DNA of 64,000 nucleotides, from positions 54,312,001 to 54,376,000 of the forward strand of contig OX597818.1 in assembly GCA_951406725.2 (NCBI GenBank), written 5' to 3'. Below are positions 14,085-28,339 of this stretch, piece by piece. The notes beneath the pieces were generated by a model. It was given only the letters and a program-made list of their open reading frames with translations. It was not told the origin of the DNA and did not search any database. The DNA comes from Octopus vulgaris. Its lineage: Eukaryota. The translations under genes were made by a program, and so were the position numbers. Positions within the stretch are counted from its first letter, which is position 1; the number at the start of each line of letters is the position of its first letter.

Positions 14085-15013
14085 GGCCCGAAATTTTGGG
14101 GGAGGGGGCCAGTCGATTACATCGATCATAATGCATAATTGGTGCGTAATTTATCGACCCCGAAAGGATGAAAGGCAAAGTTAACCTCGGTGGAATTTGA
14201 ACTCAGAATATAAAGACAGACGAAATACCTATTTCTTTACTACCCACAAGGGACTAAACACAGAGAGGACAAACAAAGACAAGCAAACGGATTAAGTCGA
14301 CTACATCGACCCCAGTGCATAACTGGTACTTAATTTATCGACCCCGAAAGGATGAAAGGCAAAGTTGACCTCGGTGGAATTTGAACTCAGAATATAAAGA
14401 CAGACGAAATACCTATTTCTTTACTACCCACAAGGGACTAAACACAGAGAGGACAAACAAAGACAAGCAAACGGATTAAGTCGACTACATCGACCCCAGT
14501 GCATAACTGGTACTTAATTTATCGACCCCGAAAGGATGAAAGGCAAAGTTAACCTCGGTGGAATTTGAACTCAGAATATAAAGACAGACGAAATACCTAT
14601 TTCTTTACTGCCCACAAGGGGCTAAACATAAAGGGGACAAACAAAGACAAGCAAACGGATTAAGTCGACTACATCGACCCCAGTGCATAACTGGTACTTA
14701 ATTTATCGACCCCGAAAGGATGAAAGGCAAAGTTGACCTCGGTGGAATTTGAACTCAGAATATAAAGACAGACGAAATACCTATTTCTTTACTACCCACA
14801 AGGGGCTAAACACAGAAGGGACAAACATAGACAAGCAAACGGATTAAGTCGACTACATCGACCCCAGTGCATAACTGGTACTTAATTTATCGACCCCGAA
14901 AGGATGAAAGGCAAAGTCGACCTCGGCAGAATTTGAACTCAGAACGTAGCGGCAAACAAAATACCGCTAAGCATTTCGCCCGGCGTGCTAACGTTTCTGC
15001 CAGCTCGCCGCCT
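14085..15013 (-). mobile_element. tRNA-headed SINE with a 184-bp internal segment tandemly amplified
   Basis: Head ggcggcgagctggcagaa...gagttcaaattc. The motif atcgaccccgaaagg recurs at 14153, 14337, 14521, 14705 and 14889. Relatives lie at 21820-22240. Confidence 0.8.
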
Positions 15014-15294
15014 TCGAAACTACAAACATTATCTCATCCAACCAGCTCGTTGTTGACCTGCCCTCAGGGCTCCTTACCTTTTTCTCCGACTGAATTTTTC
15101 CCTTCGACATTAAAATCACATGTCCATTATTCTTCAGCTGTGGCTTCTCAAGGACACTCGACCAGAAGACACGCACTAATGTCTGATTTATCCAGTCTCT
15201 CTCTCTCTCCCTCCCCCTCTCTCTCTCTATATATATATATAATAATATAAATAATATATAAATATATGTACATACCTACATATATATATATATA

Positions 15295-15363
<69 letters not shown>

Positions 15364-15670
15364 ACATGCATATATAGGTACAGGACATAAAAAAAACGTT
15401 GAACACAATGAGAAACGAAAACAAGAAAACAAAAACATAGAAACGAACTTTTTTCCAAACAACGAAAAAACCCCAGAGAAGCAAGACATACAACACAAGG
15501 AATATTCCCCTTCTTCAGTTGTCCCTGTTTCATCTACTCCGTGTTCCGAAGGTAAGGGCAAGACGCGACTTCGTTGAAACAATCCTTCCCGCAAAGCAAA
15601 TTAAATAAAATTTGGGATTTTTGCGGAGGGTAAAAGTGGTAACAAGAACGCGACAGTAAGAGCAAAACAA

Positions 15671-15733
<63 letters not shown>

Positions 15734-15880
15734 GCACACACACACACACACACAACACACATATATATGTATGTATGTATCTATCTGCCTACTGTGTGTG
15801 TGCTTCAAAATGTGACCGCGTGTGTACCGTTGGCGATTTTTTCCTTCGTCTTCCCTTCTCTGGATCTTTCCTTTTTCTAT

Positions 15881-15915
15881 GTCTCTGACGAAGAGCTCCG
15901 CCCGAAACGTAAAAC
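15881..15915 (+). ncRNA. Minimal hammerhead motif in a short Penelope-terminus-like element
   Basis: gtct-CTGACGA-a-gagc-tcc-gccc-GAAA-cg-TA-aaac. The related copy at 53675-53710 has a perfect stem II (gagc/gctc). Confidence 0.6.
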
Positions 15916-16145
15916 CCTTCTTCTTCCCTTCCTTCCTGAGCGTCCAATAATACTATATTTGTTCCACGCCCTCATGTTGTGTTTTCTCTTGGTGTTTTCA
16001 TGTTTGGATTAACTATATACATATCTATATAATGAACTAAGTGATATGATATATATGTAAAAAATGTAATATATAAATAAATATCTATAAATACAAACCA
16101 TCCGATCTTCTGATTACCTCATTTCTTCTAATATATATATATATA

Positions 16146-16772
16146 CTAGCAGTATCGCCCGGCGTTGCTCGGGTTTGTAAGGGAAATAACTATATAAGCA
16201 TTTTTAGAGAGTTATAGCCAAAAAATGCATTAAAAATGGAAAAAATATGATGGTAAATTTTTTTTTAAATCGTTGACTCATCGTAGACATTTTTAGAGAG
16301 TTACTTCCCTTATATAATAGCGAAAAAATGCATTAAAATGGAAAAAAAACGATGGTAAATTTTTTTTTAAATCGTAGACTCATGTAAACGCTTTCTTAGC
16401 CATTTCTGTTTTGGTGTCTTCAAGCCATGAAGTCGTTGTTCTAAAAGAACACTGGTCTCCTTGACAACGCATTACGACGTTGATTTCCTTACACTCCCTT
16501 CCCCACAGGTGCAGGTGTGAGCGTGGACGCCAACTCCGCCGCCATCGACACACGAAAAATTATGCATTAAAATGGAATAAAAAATGATGTTAAATTATTT
16601 TTAAAATCGTAGACTCATCGTAGACGCGCGCTAATATTCAGACGGGCTCGATATGAATCACGACTATAAGCTACCCGAATTTGGTTAAACTGTACCGCAA
16701 AATGTGGGAGTAGTTAGGAATCTAAATCGAAGGGGACAGACACTCACACAACTACAGTTTTATATATATAGA
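16146..16772 (-). mobile_element. Non-autonomous Helitron
   Basis: 5' TC, subterminal hairpin cccgagcaacgccggg, 3' CTAG, A|T target. Same family as 24417-24813, 30821-31335 and 48020-48404. Confidence 0.85.
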
Positions 16773-16849
16773 TATACATAGCGCAGTAGTGGTGAGATAT
16801 GACAGCAAAGAAAAGCATACATTCACTCTCTGCATGCAATTAGACTCGG

Positions 16850-17160
16850 AAAGTTCATGAGGAACCCATTGACCCAATTTGCTGACTTTTCCGATAGCAC
16901 ACAGGTGTCAATGAATGGTTGAATGACCAAATCCAAGCTTCTCTGCTAGTTCCTCAACAGATACGATGATATTTTGTTCCACCAGGGTTTTCAGGATGTC
17001 CTTGTCGAGTTCTACAGATCTTTCCGGATGAGGCTCGTCTTCTAGGCTGTAGTTTATGGCTCGGGATTTCTGGAACCACCATTGACACTGCCTTACGCTT
17101 ATTGTCCAATCCCCATATACTGCATTAATATTTCTTGTACTTTGCACACATTTATATTCT
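16850..17160 (-). mobile_element. Mariner transposase N-terminal fragment
   Basis: TRNINAVYG...RQCQWWFQK...SLEDEP...SVEELAEKLGFGHSTIH. Confidence 0.8.
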
Positions 17161-17460
17161 GTTATTCTTTTATATGTTTCAGCCTTGAGGTTGTGGCCAT
17201 GCTGGATCATGTGTGTGTGTGTGTGTGTCTATCTGTCTGTCTGTCTGTATGTATATATGTATATGTATGTGTGTGAACAATAATATTTTCAACAGATGTG
17301 TTGCAAATGTATCTGATTGTTCTCAAGCTTCAATACTGTGTGTGTGTGTATGTGTGTGTGTGTATGTATGTATGTATGTATATGTATGTATGTATATGTA
17401 TGTATGTATGTATGTGTGTATGTATGTATGTGTGTGTGTGTATGTATGTGTGTGTATGTA

Positions 17461-17491
<31 letters not shown>

Positions 17492-17933
17492 ATGTATGTA
17501 TGTATGTATGTATGAGTGTATGTTTACTTTATTACTAATTACTCTCTTCCAAGAACATTTTCACTCACTCTTAGCTCTTAGCTTCCCATACATTTTACTC
17601 ATATATCTATCAGCGTCATAGACAGAATACTTTCACTTTAGTCTTCCTCAAATCCCTCTGTCGCTATTTACTTTCATTTTATTCGTTGCCCACTGTGTGT
17701 GTGCGTTTGCGTGTGGTGTAAACCAGACTAAGAAAAGCATTTGACACACACACCAGAATGTGAGTTTTCTGTAAATTTTGCTTAATTGGAGTTTAAATTT
17801 TAAAAACTGGACCTGGCATGACGCGATGCATTGTACTCTCAAAAATGCCAGGTAAATTGTAATTGAAGAAATCCTATATTGTAGATTTGTATAACTCCCA
17901 AAGGGAGGCAGATAAAATCTGCCTTTTATAATA

Positions 17934-17990
<57 letters not shown>

Positions 17991-17996
17991 CATACA

Positions 17997-18070
<74 letters not shown>

Positions 18071-18179
18071 TAAATATAAGGATAATAAAATGTATATAAG
18101 ATTTTATCAAGTAGCCGGTGTGTAAAACAAATTAAGTAAAAAGTAATAATACGAGGCATATAATTTTTTAAAAATAAAA

Positions 18180-18580
18180 TTACTTTATTACATTAAGGGC
18201 TATTACTGTAAGTAAACTCACTCACTTGAAAGGGTCGGTAAAGTCAAACTACTTCATCGAACATACAAACGCACCGAATTCGAGAGAATGAACATAAGAG
18301 AAAAATTCTTTAAAAAACGTTCACTTGTATATCGTAAACGATTTCATGGTGAGCGATAGATAAACCGCTCTCCAATATTTATATAATTCTGATTACGTCG
18401 CACATCGATTGGAGAGCGGTTTATGTATCACTGACCGTGAAAACGTTTACCGTATGCAACTGACACCTTTTTTAAAGGTATTTTCTCCTATGTTTGTTCC
18501 CTCGAATTCGGAACCTGTGTATATTTCATGAAGTAGTTTGACTTTAATTATAGGAATAGCCCTTAATGCAATAAAGTATA
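18180..18580. repeat. Diverged ~400-bp foldback (inverted repeat) element
   Basis: 18180-18377 is an imperfect reverse complement of 18408-18580, with a ~30-bp spacer. Confidence 0.75.
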
Positions 18581-18867
18581 TGTGTGCGTGTGTGTGTGTG
18601 TGTGTGTGGATGTATATGTGTCGTGTGTGTATATATATATATATGTATAGATGTGTATATAAATGTATGTATATGTATATATATATGTATATATATATGT
18701 ATATATGTGTGCATATATATGTATACATATATATATGTATATATATGTATATATATATATGTATATATATATGTATACATATATATATATATGTATATAT
18801 ATAGGTATATGTAAATGTATATATATGTGTATATACATACATACATATATCTATATATATACATACA

Positions 18868-18924
<57 letters not shown>

Positions 18925-19105
18925 CACAAAGTAAGTTAGGTTGGGCGGTGTGTGTGTATTATTGTGTGTGTGTATATATACTAAGGTATATAAATGTATG
19001 TATATATATATATATATATACTGTTGGTATATAGTATACATATATATATGTATTCAATAGTAAGTTAGTATATATATAGGGTTATATATGCGTAATATAT
19101 ATACA

Positions 19106-19160
<55 letters not shown>

Positions 19161-19494
19161 TAAGGGATAGTATTTATCCAATATACTGTTGGTAAAGTAT
19201 CCCGATTCTTAATACATAAATGTTTTTAATTGCAATGCAATTAACTTATTTACTGTATTAAACGGGTGAAGGTAAAGAAATATTTTTACCGTAAATTTAT
19301 AATACAAATAAGAAAATGGAGAAACAAATTTAGTTTGTTCATCAACTAACGGATATTATAATGTTGAATTATTTATTCATTTAACAAAATGAGAACCTTA
19401 ATAGCATACATATATATCTTATAATTCAATACATATAAGATAAGAATACAAATTATAAAAATCATAATATAAATTATTGCAATCATTAAAATCA

Positions 19495-19630
19495 CTTCTT
19501 ACAGCTGTTTCAGCCTATGGTTAAAAGTAGTCATTTAAATTTTTATTGCCTACAGTTGTCAATATATTGAGGTTGTAGGCATTTAAAAATAGGGTACTTA
19601 TATATATAACCAAAGGCCTTGTCAGAGGTT
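19495..19630 (-). ncRNA. Degenerate hammerhead motif with a long stem II
   Basis: CTGACAA (G8A)-ggcctttggtta...taaccataggct-GAAA-cagctg-TA. Confidence 0.5.
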
Positions 19631-19927
19631 ATAAGGAACTTTAAAAATATTTATATTAATACACGAAACATGATACACGTATTATTTGATATATATAAAA
19701 AATATGAACAAATATCCATATAGACATATACAGATACATATATACACATATACATACATAAGCAGATTGTATATACTCTTACATGTGTAAAAATACATAA
19801 ATAAACACAATTAAACAGTAGGTACAAGTAAATATACCATTCATCATATACATATATATACATATACTGGAACATATAAACACGTCTATGCTTATGGCCA
19901 CATAAATAATAATCAATTCTTCTTCTT

Positions 19928-20010
<83 letters not shown>

Positions 20011-20011
<1 letters not shown>

Positions 20012-20445
20012 GAGTGAGCGAGCAGAGCATGCCATCGAAGTGACACTGGGGTAAAATATACGAAGCCCAGTATACCCATCATGACTAACCGTCTGATAAG
20101 GGTACACCAGGCACATGCATCACAACCATATATGCGTGACATGGTGATCTCATATCAAGATAAACAGCACATGACCTTGCAGGTGGAGCCCAGTTAGAAT
20201 TTTCTTCAGATCGAGTAACCCATCCCGCTCAAAAGGTCCCTGAATAAGGGTTGTTTAAGGATGTTGAACGAAACACCCATGTTTCCAGAGGTGAATTATT
20301 CAAACCCCAAAGAATCCTTCTCAACACATGGCTATGATGCTCCCCCACTACTTCTGCTCGTGATCAGAGATGCACATATCGTCAGCCACTAAGGGACATG
20401 CTCAACTGGTTAAGGTCAAACAACTGACAAGCAAATTTGTGGTAT
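20011..20445. mobile_element. Interspersed SINE/LINE-tail-like element embedded in (TTA)n
   Basis: A ~435-bp block of higher GC content with (TTA)n on both sides. Family not determined. Confidence 0.45.
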
Positions 20446-20451
20446 CATTAC

Positions 20452-20520
<69 letters not shown>

Positions 20521-20854
20521 GTTTATCAATAATAACAATATTATTAGATCTATAGTAATCTTCACTTGACAATACATATTATAATAGATTCCAATATATA
20601 AAATATTACGATACAAGATAAACAATCCACAATCCATACAAATAAATATATATATACAAACATATATGTATACAAATATACATATAAAAATAAACATATA
20701 AAAAACATACATTTAGACTATGGTTTTCAGTATATAGTTCTTCTTAATACAAACAAATTCAAGCGTAATATCCATATGAAGATTTTTTCTTTTCGTCAAA
20801 GCTGAAGTTAAAATTATACTTATATTTGTATTCTAATCCATCGAATTAATATAG

Positions 20855-20943
<89 letters not shown>

Positions 20944-21335
20944 CACATACAAATATACGTATATATATACTTATTAATCCGAGGGGAGGCAATGTGAGCA
21001 GCAATTAAAGGAACATTACAAAATCCACAGAAAGATCAAACGCTTACATATATTCATATATTCATTTATATCTACAGAACAGATATAAAGTCCGACGTTT
21101 AAAAATATAATAATATATAAATATATAAACATCATATAAAATGTATGAATATATAAGGATCAGTGTTGCATATATAACACATTGAATTTACGCTTAAAAT
21201 CATAAAACATTTGGTAAAAATTTGTTAAATTAAAAATTTAGGGTAATATAACATACAATGACATGTTAAAATTCCAGAAAAAATACAGAAAAGATAAATT
21301 TACAAAATTACAAAAATACAAAAATGTTCATCAGA

Positions 21336-21395
<60 letters not shown>

Positions 21396-21638
21396 AATAA
21401 GAAAATGGAAGGGATCAATAAGTGGTATTCATCAACTTTTAGACATTATATTATGTCAATTTATTTATTTATTTATTTATTAATTAAAATGACAATTAAA
21501 ACAAATTAACATATTATGCTTTACATATATATGATGCAATAAAAAAACATTTGGGTTTTAATAATTGGGTATTCTACCAGCAGTATATTGGATAGATATT
21601 ATCGCTTAGTTGGTTGGATTCACAACCTCTTTCTTGGA

Positions 21639-21670
<32 letters not shown>

Positions 21671-22302
21671 AGGATAAATTGTTAAAAACGTAAGTGCATT
21701 AGTGCTGAGTGGGTGCGAGTACTGAACAAATGTCCATGTAGCAGTCAAACAACTTTGAAATAACAGCCAACTGTATTAAGAAGTGAAAGATCATATAAAG
21801 TTATATAGTCCTAGTACAAATAAAGACAGACGAAATACCTATTTCTTTACTACCCACAAGAGGCTAAACACAGAGAGAGGACAAACAAGGACAGACAAGC
21901 GGATTAAGTCGATTCTATCGACCCCAGTGCGTAACTGATACTTAATTTATCGACCCCGAAAGGATGAAAGGCAAAGTTGACCTTGGCGGAATTTGAACTC
22001 AGGACGTAACGGCAGACGAAATATGGCTGCGCATTTCGCCCGGCGCGCTAACGTTTCTGCCAGCTCAACGCCTTAGTACGTTAAAAATTGTTTTTTCACA
22101 CTAGGCACAAGGCTTGGAATTTTTGGGGGAATAGGCCAGTTGATTTGATCGACCCCAGTACGCAACTGGTACTTATTTTATCGACCTCGAAAGGATGAAA
22201 GGCAAAGTCGACCTCGGCGAAATTTGAACTCAGAACGTAAAGAGTACATAAAAAAAATATTACAATGAAACAAAGTAAGTTCTCACAACAGAATATGTGT
22301 GT

Positions 22303-22371
<69 letters not shown>

Positions 22372-22424
22372 ATGTGTGGATAAGGTCAGGAGGAAAGAGG
22401 AGAGGACATAAAAAAAGGAAGATT

Positions 22425-23294
22425 TCACTTGTAAAAGTATAATTCTTTTGTCAACATGCTTGCTATGCAAGGAACTTGTTTCATTTCATTAATCTCTGAA
22501 TGTCTAGTCTTAGACTCATATTCATAGGCAACCCTACGATTTACTGAAATCATTAATTGTTGCAGTTCAAGTCGGTCTCCGTCTTTTTCCAAAATGTGAG
22601 CCAACGATTGAATAAACCACGATCCATTAGTGGAATTTCTCCAGGCGTAAAATCCAGGGACAGTGGAATAAGCTAGAAGAACGTCTGCCCAAAGTGGTAC
22701 TTTGTGAGATGTGACATTTTGATATTTCTCTCTTACAAAAGCATCGGCATCGTGCATAACTGCACCTCTGTCCAGTTTTGTTCCCCGACAAGCTTGTACG
22801 AAGAATAGTTTTGGCTTACCTATTAAGCCTGGGCATCTATCAGGAAGCAACATCTGCACTAACTCGTTAAGATTTACTTTTCTATCAGTGCCATAAATCT
22901 GGTTATCATCTTCACCGTGTGTCAATATAACACAAAGGAAGCAGTTATACTTCGCATGCTCCATCGTGGATATATCCGTAAAGATTCGCGTCATCTCTTT
23001 CACTGATAAATTCCTGCGGTTGATCACCTTAAAATGCAATGACTTCAATATCATTTTAATTGCTGATGCGTCTTCATCGGATCCTTGTCGTTCAGGCATT
23101 CCTGTCGATTCATCAAAGTTCACGTTATTTATTATTAAAGCCAGATTCTCTTTTTTGTGATCCATGTCATATCTGGTATTTACAGATTCGCTACATTCCT
23201 CAACAGACACCATTTCAACATCTTTAGGTTGTGAATTGGGATCCTTCTCATTAAAAAAAATACCTTCAACACGTTGTGCATCTGTGTAGTCCAT
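22425..23294 (-). CDS. Caspase-3/7-like executioner caspase, copy 1 (289 aa, single coding exon)
   Basis: ALIINN, RQGS, LTHG (catalytic His), GKPKLFFVQACRG (catalytic Cys), linker VMHD|A, YAWRN..GSWF, KQVPCIASMLTK; short prodomain. Confidence 0.95.
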   Translation of the reverse strand: MDYTDAQRVEGIFFNEKDPNSQPKDVEMVSVEECSESVNTRYDMDHKKENLALIINNVNFDESTGMPERQGSDEDASAIKMILKSLHFKVINRRNLSVKEMTRIFTDISTMEHAKYNCFLCVILTHGEDDNQIYGTDRKVNLNELVQMLLPDRCPGLIGKPKLFFVQACRGTKLDRGAVMHDADAFVREKYQNVTSHKVPLWADVLLAYSTVPGFYAWRNSTNGSWFIQSLAHILEKDGDRLELQQLMISVNRRVAYEYESKTRHSEINEMKQVPCIASMLTKELYFYK

Positions 23295-23959
23295 GATTGA
23301 TCTGAATGTGTTTGAAGGTGTGGAAATATATCAGGGGAACAACAAACGGTGGATTGTTCTGAAAATTGGACTTAAAATTTCACTGCAGTTAAGGAACGGA
23401 AAAAGACGATAAATTAGCGCTGTTTTTGTCGTTGTTCAGCACAGAAATAGCAGTCAAATTGTATTCTTTATAAATATCAAGATGGTGTGAATAACACAAG
23501 CGAATATTCAATAGACAGTAGTAAATATAGGTTAGTACATTACAAAGTAAAATATCCACATCTGTTAAACTTACACCTTAAACGTTGATAAAATGTCCAG
23601 ACATAACTTGATAATAAAATAGACAATCCACCGAAAGAGAATTTCACTGAATTTTTAAGTGATACAACAGTCGTAACCCAACACAAGACTACTTCTTCGT
23701 TTTTATTTGTTTGCGCTTTCTGAATGTATATCTAAGATATGTCATGCCTTAGTAATTACTGGTTAGCAACGAACCAATGATAAAGGTTTCTATATTTAGG
23801 TCATTGAGTGGGATCAGCAAGTTTTCTATGCAATATAATGCACCCAATAATACATATTTTTCTGAGAAAGCGAAAGTTTTTTTTTTTATTGGAAGTTTTA
23901 TAGCCCGATGCGTATAGGTGTCGTAACTATACATCTACACATGTACACACACACAAACG

Positions 23960-24005
<46 letters not shown>

Positions 24006-24226
24006 TAGAGAGTCAACAAGTGAGACCATGATAATCGCAATATCGAAAACTCTTAGAAGCGCTCAAATGATTCGGGCTTACACCCTGATATCTTGATCGG
24101 GAACCAAATCAGCAGGGTAAGGAGTGGCCATAAAGAAAACCCAAGTGAACAGACATGGAGACAAGGATACAAATAAACAGAGGAACCATCAGGTTTTAAT
24201 GTACCATATACATACATGCTTACATG

Positions 24227-24316
<90 letters not shown>

Positions 24317-24416
24317 TAATAATAATAATATGAGGGAATATTATTCCAAACTTACAGGGGAAAATTCAATTTAGAAATACTAAATCAAATTTCACAAAAT
24401 ATAATATATATATATA

Positions 24417-24813
24417 TCTTTATATATAAAAGTAAGGTTGTGTGTCTGTCTCCTACGATTTAGATTCCTAACTACTCCCACATTTTGCGGTGCAGTTTAA
24501 CCAAAACAGGGTATCTTATAGTCGTGATTCATATCGAGCCCTTCTGGGTATTAGCGCGCGTCTACGATGAGTCTACGATTTTAAAAATAATTTCCCATCA
24601 TTTATTTCCATTTTAATGCATTTTTTTCGCTATTATATAAGGGAAGTGACTCTCTTAAAATGTCTACGATGAGTCAACGATTTAAAAAAAAAATTACCAT
24701 AATTTTTTTTCCATTTTCAATGCATTTTTTGCTATTTTTGGGCTATAACTCTCTAAAAAGGCTTTATAGTTATTTTCCTTACAAACCCGAGCAACGCCGA
24801 GCGATACTGCTAG
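24417..24813 (+). mobile_element. Non-autonomous Helitron
   Basis: TC...hairpin...CTAG, inserted in a TA tract inside another repeat. Confidence 0.85.
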
Positions 24814-25215
24814 TATATATATATATATATGTAAATTAGAAAAAAACCCCACCTTTTATCAGTTCAATAATGAAAAATTAAATTATACCATTTAGAAAAA
24901 TTACATATTATAGAAAGATTAAATATAAGATAAAACATATAACGATGATCAAGTAATGTGCAAAATAATAAATAAAACGTATATATTTGTTGTATAGGTT
25001 TTATTTATTATTTTGTACTTAATTTAGTTCTAGGTAAATGTTTTATCATACCTTTAATTTTTTTCTATATGGTATGATTTAAGTATATCATTGTTGAATT
25101 GCCACATGGTGGTTCTTCTCTAATTTATATACATGTATTATATATTGTGAAATTTGATTCAGTATTACTAAATTGAATTTTTCCCTGTAATTTTGGAATC
25201 ATTTTCCCTAATATC

Positions 25216-25246
<31 letters not shown>

Positions 25247-25274
25247 TGTATGTATGTATGTATGTATGTATGTA

Positions 25275-26186
25275 TAGCTACGCAGACGATACGAAAGTCT
25301 CGCAGAAGATACAGAACGCCCAGAGATGTTGCATACCTGTAGCAAGAGTTGGACTCAGTTAACAGATGGGCTGAGGACAATACTATGCGGCTTAATACTG
25401 AACAATTCCAAGCCCTGCGCTACCCGCATCCAAAACTGAATATAAAGCTTACAGGGTCCACAGGGGATTACAATCCCAGAGCCTAAATCAGTGAGGGGCC
25501 TGAGTATCGAGATGAGTGATGATACCTCTTTCCAAATGCACATTACCAGGATGGCAACAAAGTGCAGACGATTGGCTGGATGGATCCTGAGAACGTTCAG
25601 GATCAGAGAGAAGGAAATCTTGATGGTCCTCTGGAGGACAATCGTCCTCAGCCGCCTGGATTACTGCTCCAGCGAATCCTCACAAAGAAAATCGTCTCGT
25701 TGCAACAGCTCAGCTACTGGGAAAGGCTGAAAGAGCTAAGAATCTACTCCCTGGTGCACAGGCGGGACAGGTGTGCAGTAATATACATCTGGAAGATCCT
25801 GAAAGGAATTGTGCCAAGTTTTGGCATTGAAAGCTACACTAATGCCAGAAGTGGTCGACACTGCACAGTGACAAAGATCCCAGCAATGCTATCGCGCTTC
25901 AGGAACAGTTACTGCAACGGCCAGGGTTTCAGAGGCCCACAGCTTTTTAAAATTTTTCCAAAGAGCCCGAGGGATCTACACAATGTGGATGTAGGTGTCT
26001 TCAGATCAAACTGGACCTTTTCCTGTCGAGAGTCGCAGATGAACCTACCTCACGGCAAGAGGTGCAAATGAGGGTCACGATATCAAGCTCCCTTCTTCAC
26101 CAAAAGTCACATATTATAGGGGGCTCCTAATAATAGCAGTGTAGCAAAACAACGGTGCCCTTGCATGGGCACAGCTCTAACCTGCA

Positions 26187-26190
<4 letters not shown>
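25275..26190 (+). mobile_element. CR1/L2-like LINE 3' remnant
   Basis: Starts SYADDTKVSQKI, continues GWILRTF...SRLDYC and YIWKILKGIVPSFG...RGPQLF; frameshifted. Confidence 0.8.
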
Positions 26191-26233
<43 letters not shown>

Positions 26234-26409
26234 TACGCGCATGAGTGACTGTGGGAAGTAGCTTGCTTACCAATCACATGGTTCCGTGTTCAGTCCCACT
26301 GCATGGCATCTTGGTCAAGTGTCTTCTACTGTAGCCTCGGGCTGACCAAAACCTTGTGAGTGGAACTGGTAGACGAAAACTGAAAGAAGCTTGTCGCATA
26401 TAAATATAC

Positions 26410-26440
<31 letters not shown>

Positions 26441-26689
26441 TCTGAGTGTGTTTGTGTGCCAAGATTTGTCACCCTAATTTCGCTTGACAAACGATGCTGG
26501 TGCGTTTACGCCTCCGTAACTTAGCGGTTCAGCAAAAGGGACCGTTATAATAAGTACTAGGCTTACAAAGAATAAGTCCTGGGCTCGATTTGTCCGATTA
26601 AAGCTGGTGCTCCAGCATGGCCGCAGTCAAATGACTGAAACAAGTAAAGGAGTAAATAGTATATATATATGTATATATATATATGTATA

Positions 26690-26759
<70 letters not shown>

Positions 26760-27289
26760 GTGTGTGTGTGTGTATATATATATATGTGTATATATATATG
26801 GATATGTATAGAGAGAATTCACAAAAGAACAAAAGACGAAGACAAGTGGTGTAGACAACAAACAGATGTATTAGTTTAACGCTTGGGAAGTGAAAAAGTC
26901 TTTAACATTTCAAGCCTACGCTCCTCCACAAAAAGGAACACGGAAAGAAACAAGGAGGGAAAATAAGGAATGTGTAGTGGCTAGCGATGTATCATGGCGA
27001 ATACGTATCTGTAAATATATATATATATATATATATACATATGAGAAAAAATATGTTCAAGTAGAACAATTCAAACTTTTTGGAAAGTCCAAAAAGAAAT
27101 AATAATAATTGATATGATGAATAATAAATATTCATCATATCAAAATGATTGCCTGATAAAGCAAGCAATTAAAATATGAAATTAATAAGTAAAAACTTCG
27201 TTATAGGCATTTATAAGATAAAATCTTATATAAAACACTACAAATACTTATAAAAATCGAGAAATGTTAAAAGATCAAATTAGAATTCA

Positions 27290-27560
27290 ATATCCATATA
27301 CGACCGTTTGAAATGGCAATACAAATATCTAAGAAAAACATTAATTATAATACTAATAATTAAAACAGTAATGTATTACTGCATCAAGAAAGGAGCCCCC
27401 ACTTTTCTTCAGCTTGCTTGGGCTTGAAAATAACACTACATTTCTTTTCCAGACACCTAGCGTAGACTTTTACCGAGGAGGCTATAAAAAAAGATTCTTC
27501 TAAAATTAGAACATTCCTCTCTTTTGACAAATTAAACTTAAATGTTGAAGTGAATCGAAC
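27290..27560 (-). mobile_element. Possible Penelope-like GIY-YIG C-terminal remnant
   Basis: RNVLILEESFFI resembles the R..LES..I motif. A partial AAAcggtcgTA hammerhead-like half lies downstream. Confidence 0.35.
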
Positions 27561-28089
27561 GGTTTTTGTGTGTTTCTTAAATGGCGTATAAACACATTCC
27601 ACGCTGCAATTGTTTTCGTTCCAGCACACAATCTCAGATCAAGTCTCTCGTTATGCAAGTACATCTCCGTAATTCCTCTCTTTGTTATCGGAAATTGGGA
27701 TTATCAGCCTGGATTGCGACTTCAGAGGTCCAAAACACCAGGCATTCTCGAGTCAGCGAGAGAATACCTTCTCTATTAAAGATTTTTAACATTTCGGGTC
27801 CTCTCCAGAGCCCTTATTACTTTTGAACGCTTCATCTACTTCTGTCACTGCAGCCTCTCTGTTGGTTAGTCTTCAATCCTACGTACTCTACGCGTCTGTC
27901 AGATTTTATTCTGACTGGATTTAGGAGATAAGCAAAACATTCTCTATACCTCCCGATAATGTTCTTCTATGTAAGCCGAGTTCTTGATAGTAGAAGTGGG
28001 AGAGGGCCTCTTGTCACGAAATCGGTGTATGGACTACCTAAGTAATCTATTGACCACTCTAAAAGTCAGAGGCCACCTTAAATCCGCGC

Positions 28090-28290
28090 TCCTCTCATGA
28101 CTTAATTTTGAACGATTTTAATGTGTCTGATGTATCTTTTTGTGCCACTTTGTACCCCCTGCGCAAAAGCGGGGACTTGTTTCTAAGCCAAGCGTTATAA
28201 GTCTCCTTCTTTGCTCTCATGGTATCGTTAATTTCCTGGTTAAACCAAAAGCCTCTTTTACCATATGATGCTACACAAAACCGCTTCCAT
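28090..28290 (-). mobile_element. RTE-like LINE fragment
   Basis: WFNQEINDTMRAKKETYNAWL. Confidence 0.55.
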
Positions 28291-28339
28291 CCTGCAAAGT
28301 CCGCTGCTCTAACCACTAGGCCATGTGCCTCCACTAAAC

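Noticed and set aside
14150-14900. Regularly spaced repeats resembling a CRISPR array
   Set aside because: Whole units repeat with no unique spacers, the context is a eukaryotic SINE and there are no cas genes.
22966-23160. Antisense ORFs over the caspase CDSs (also 39252 and 59459)
   Set aside because: They are shadow ORFs of conserved coding sequence.
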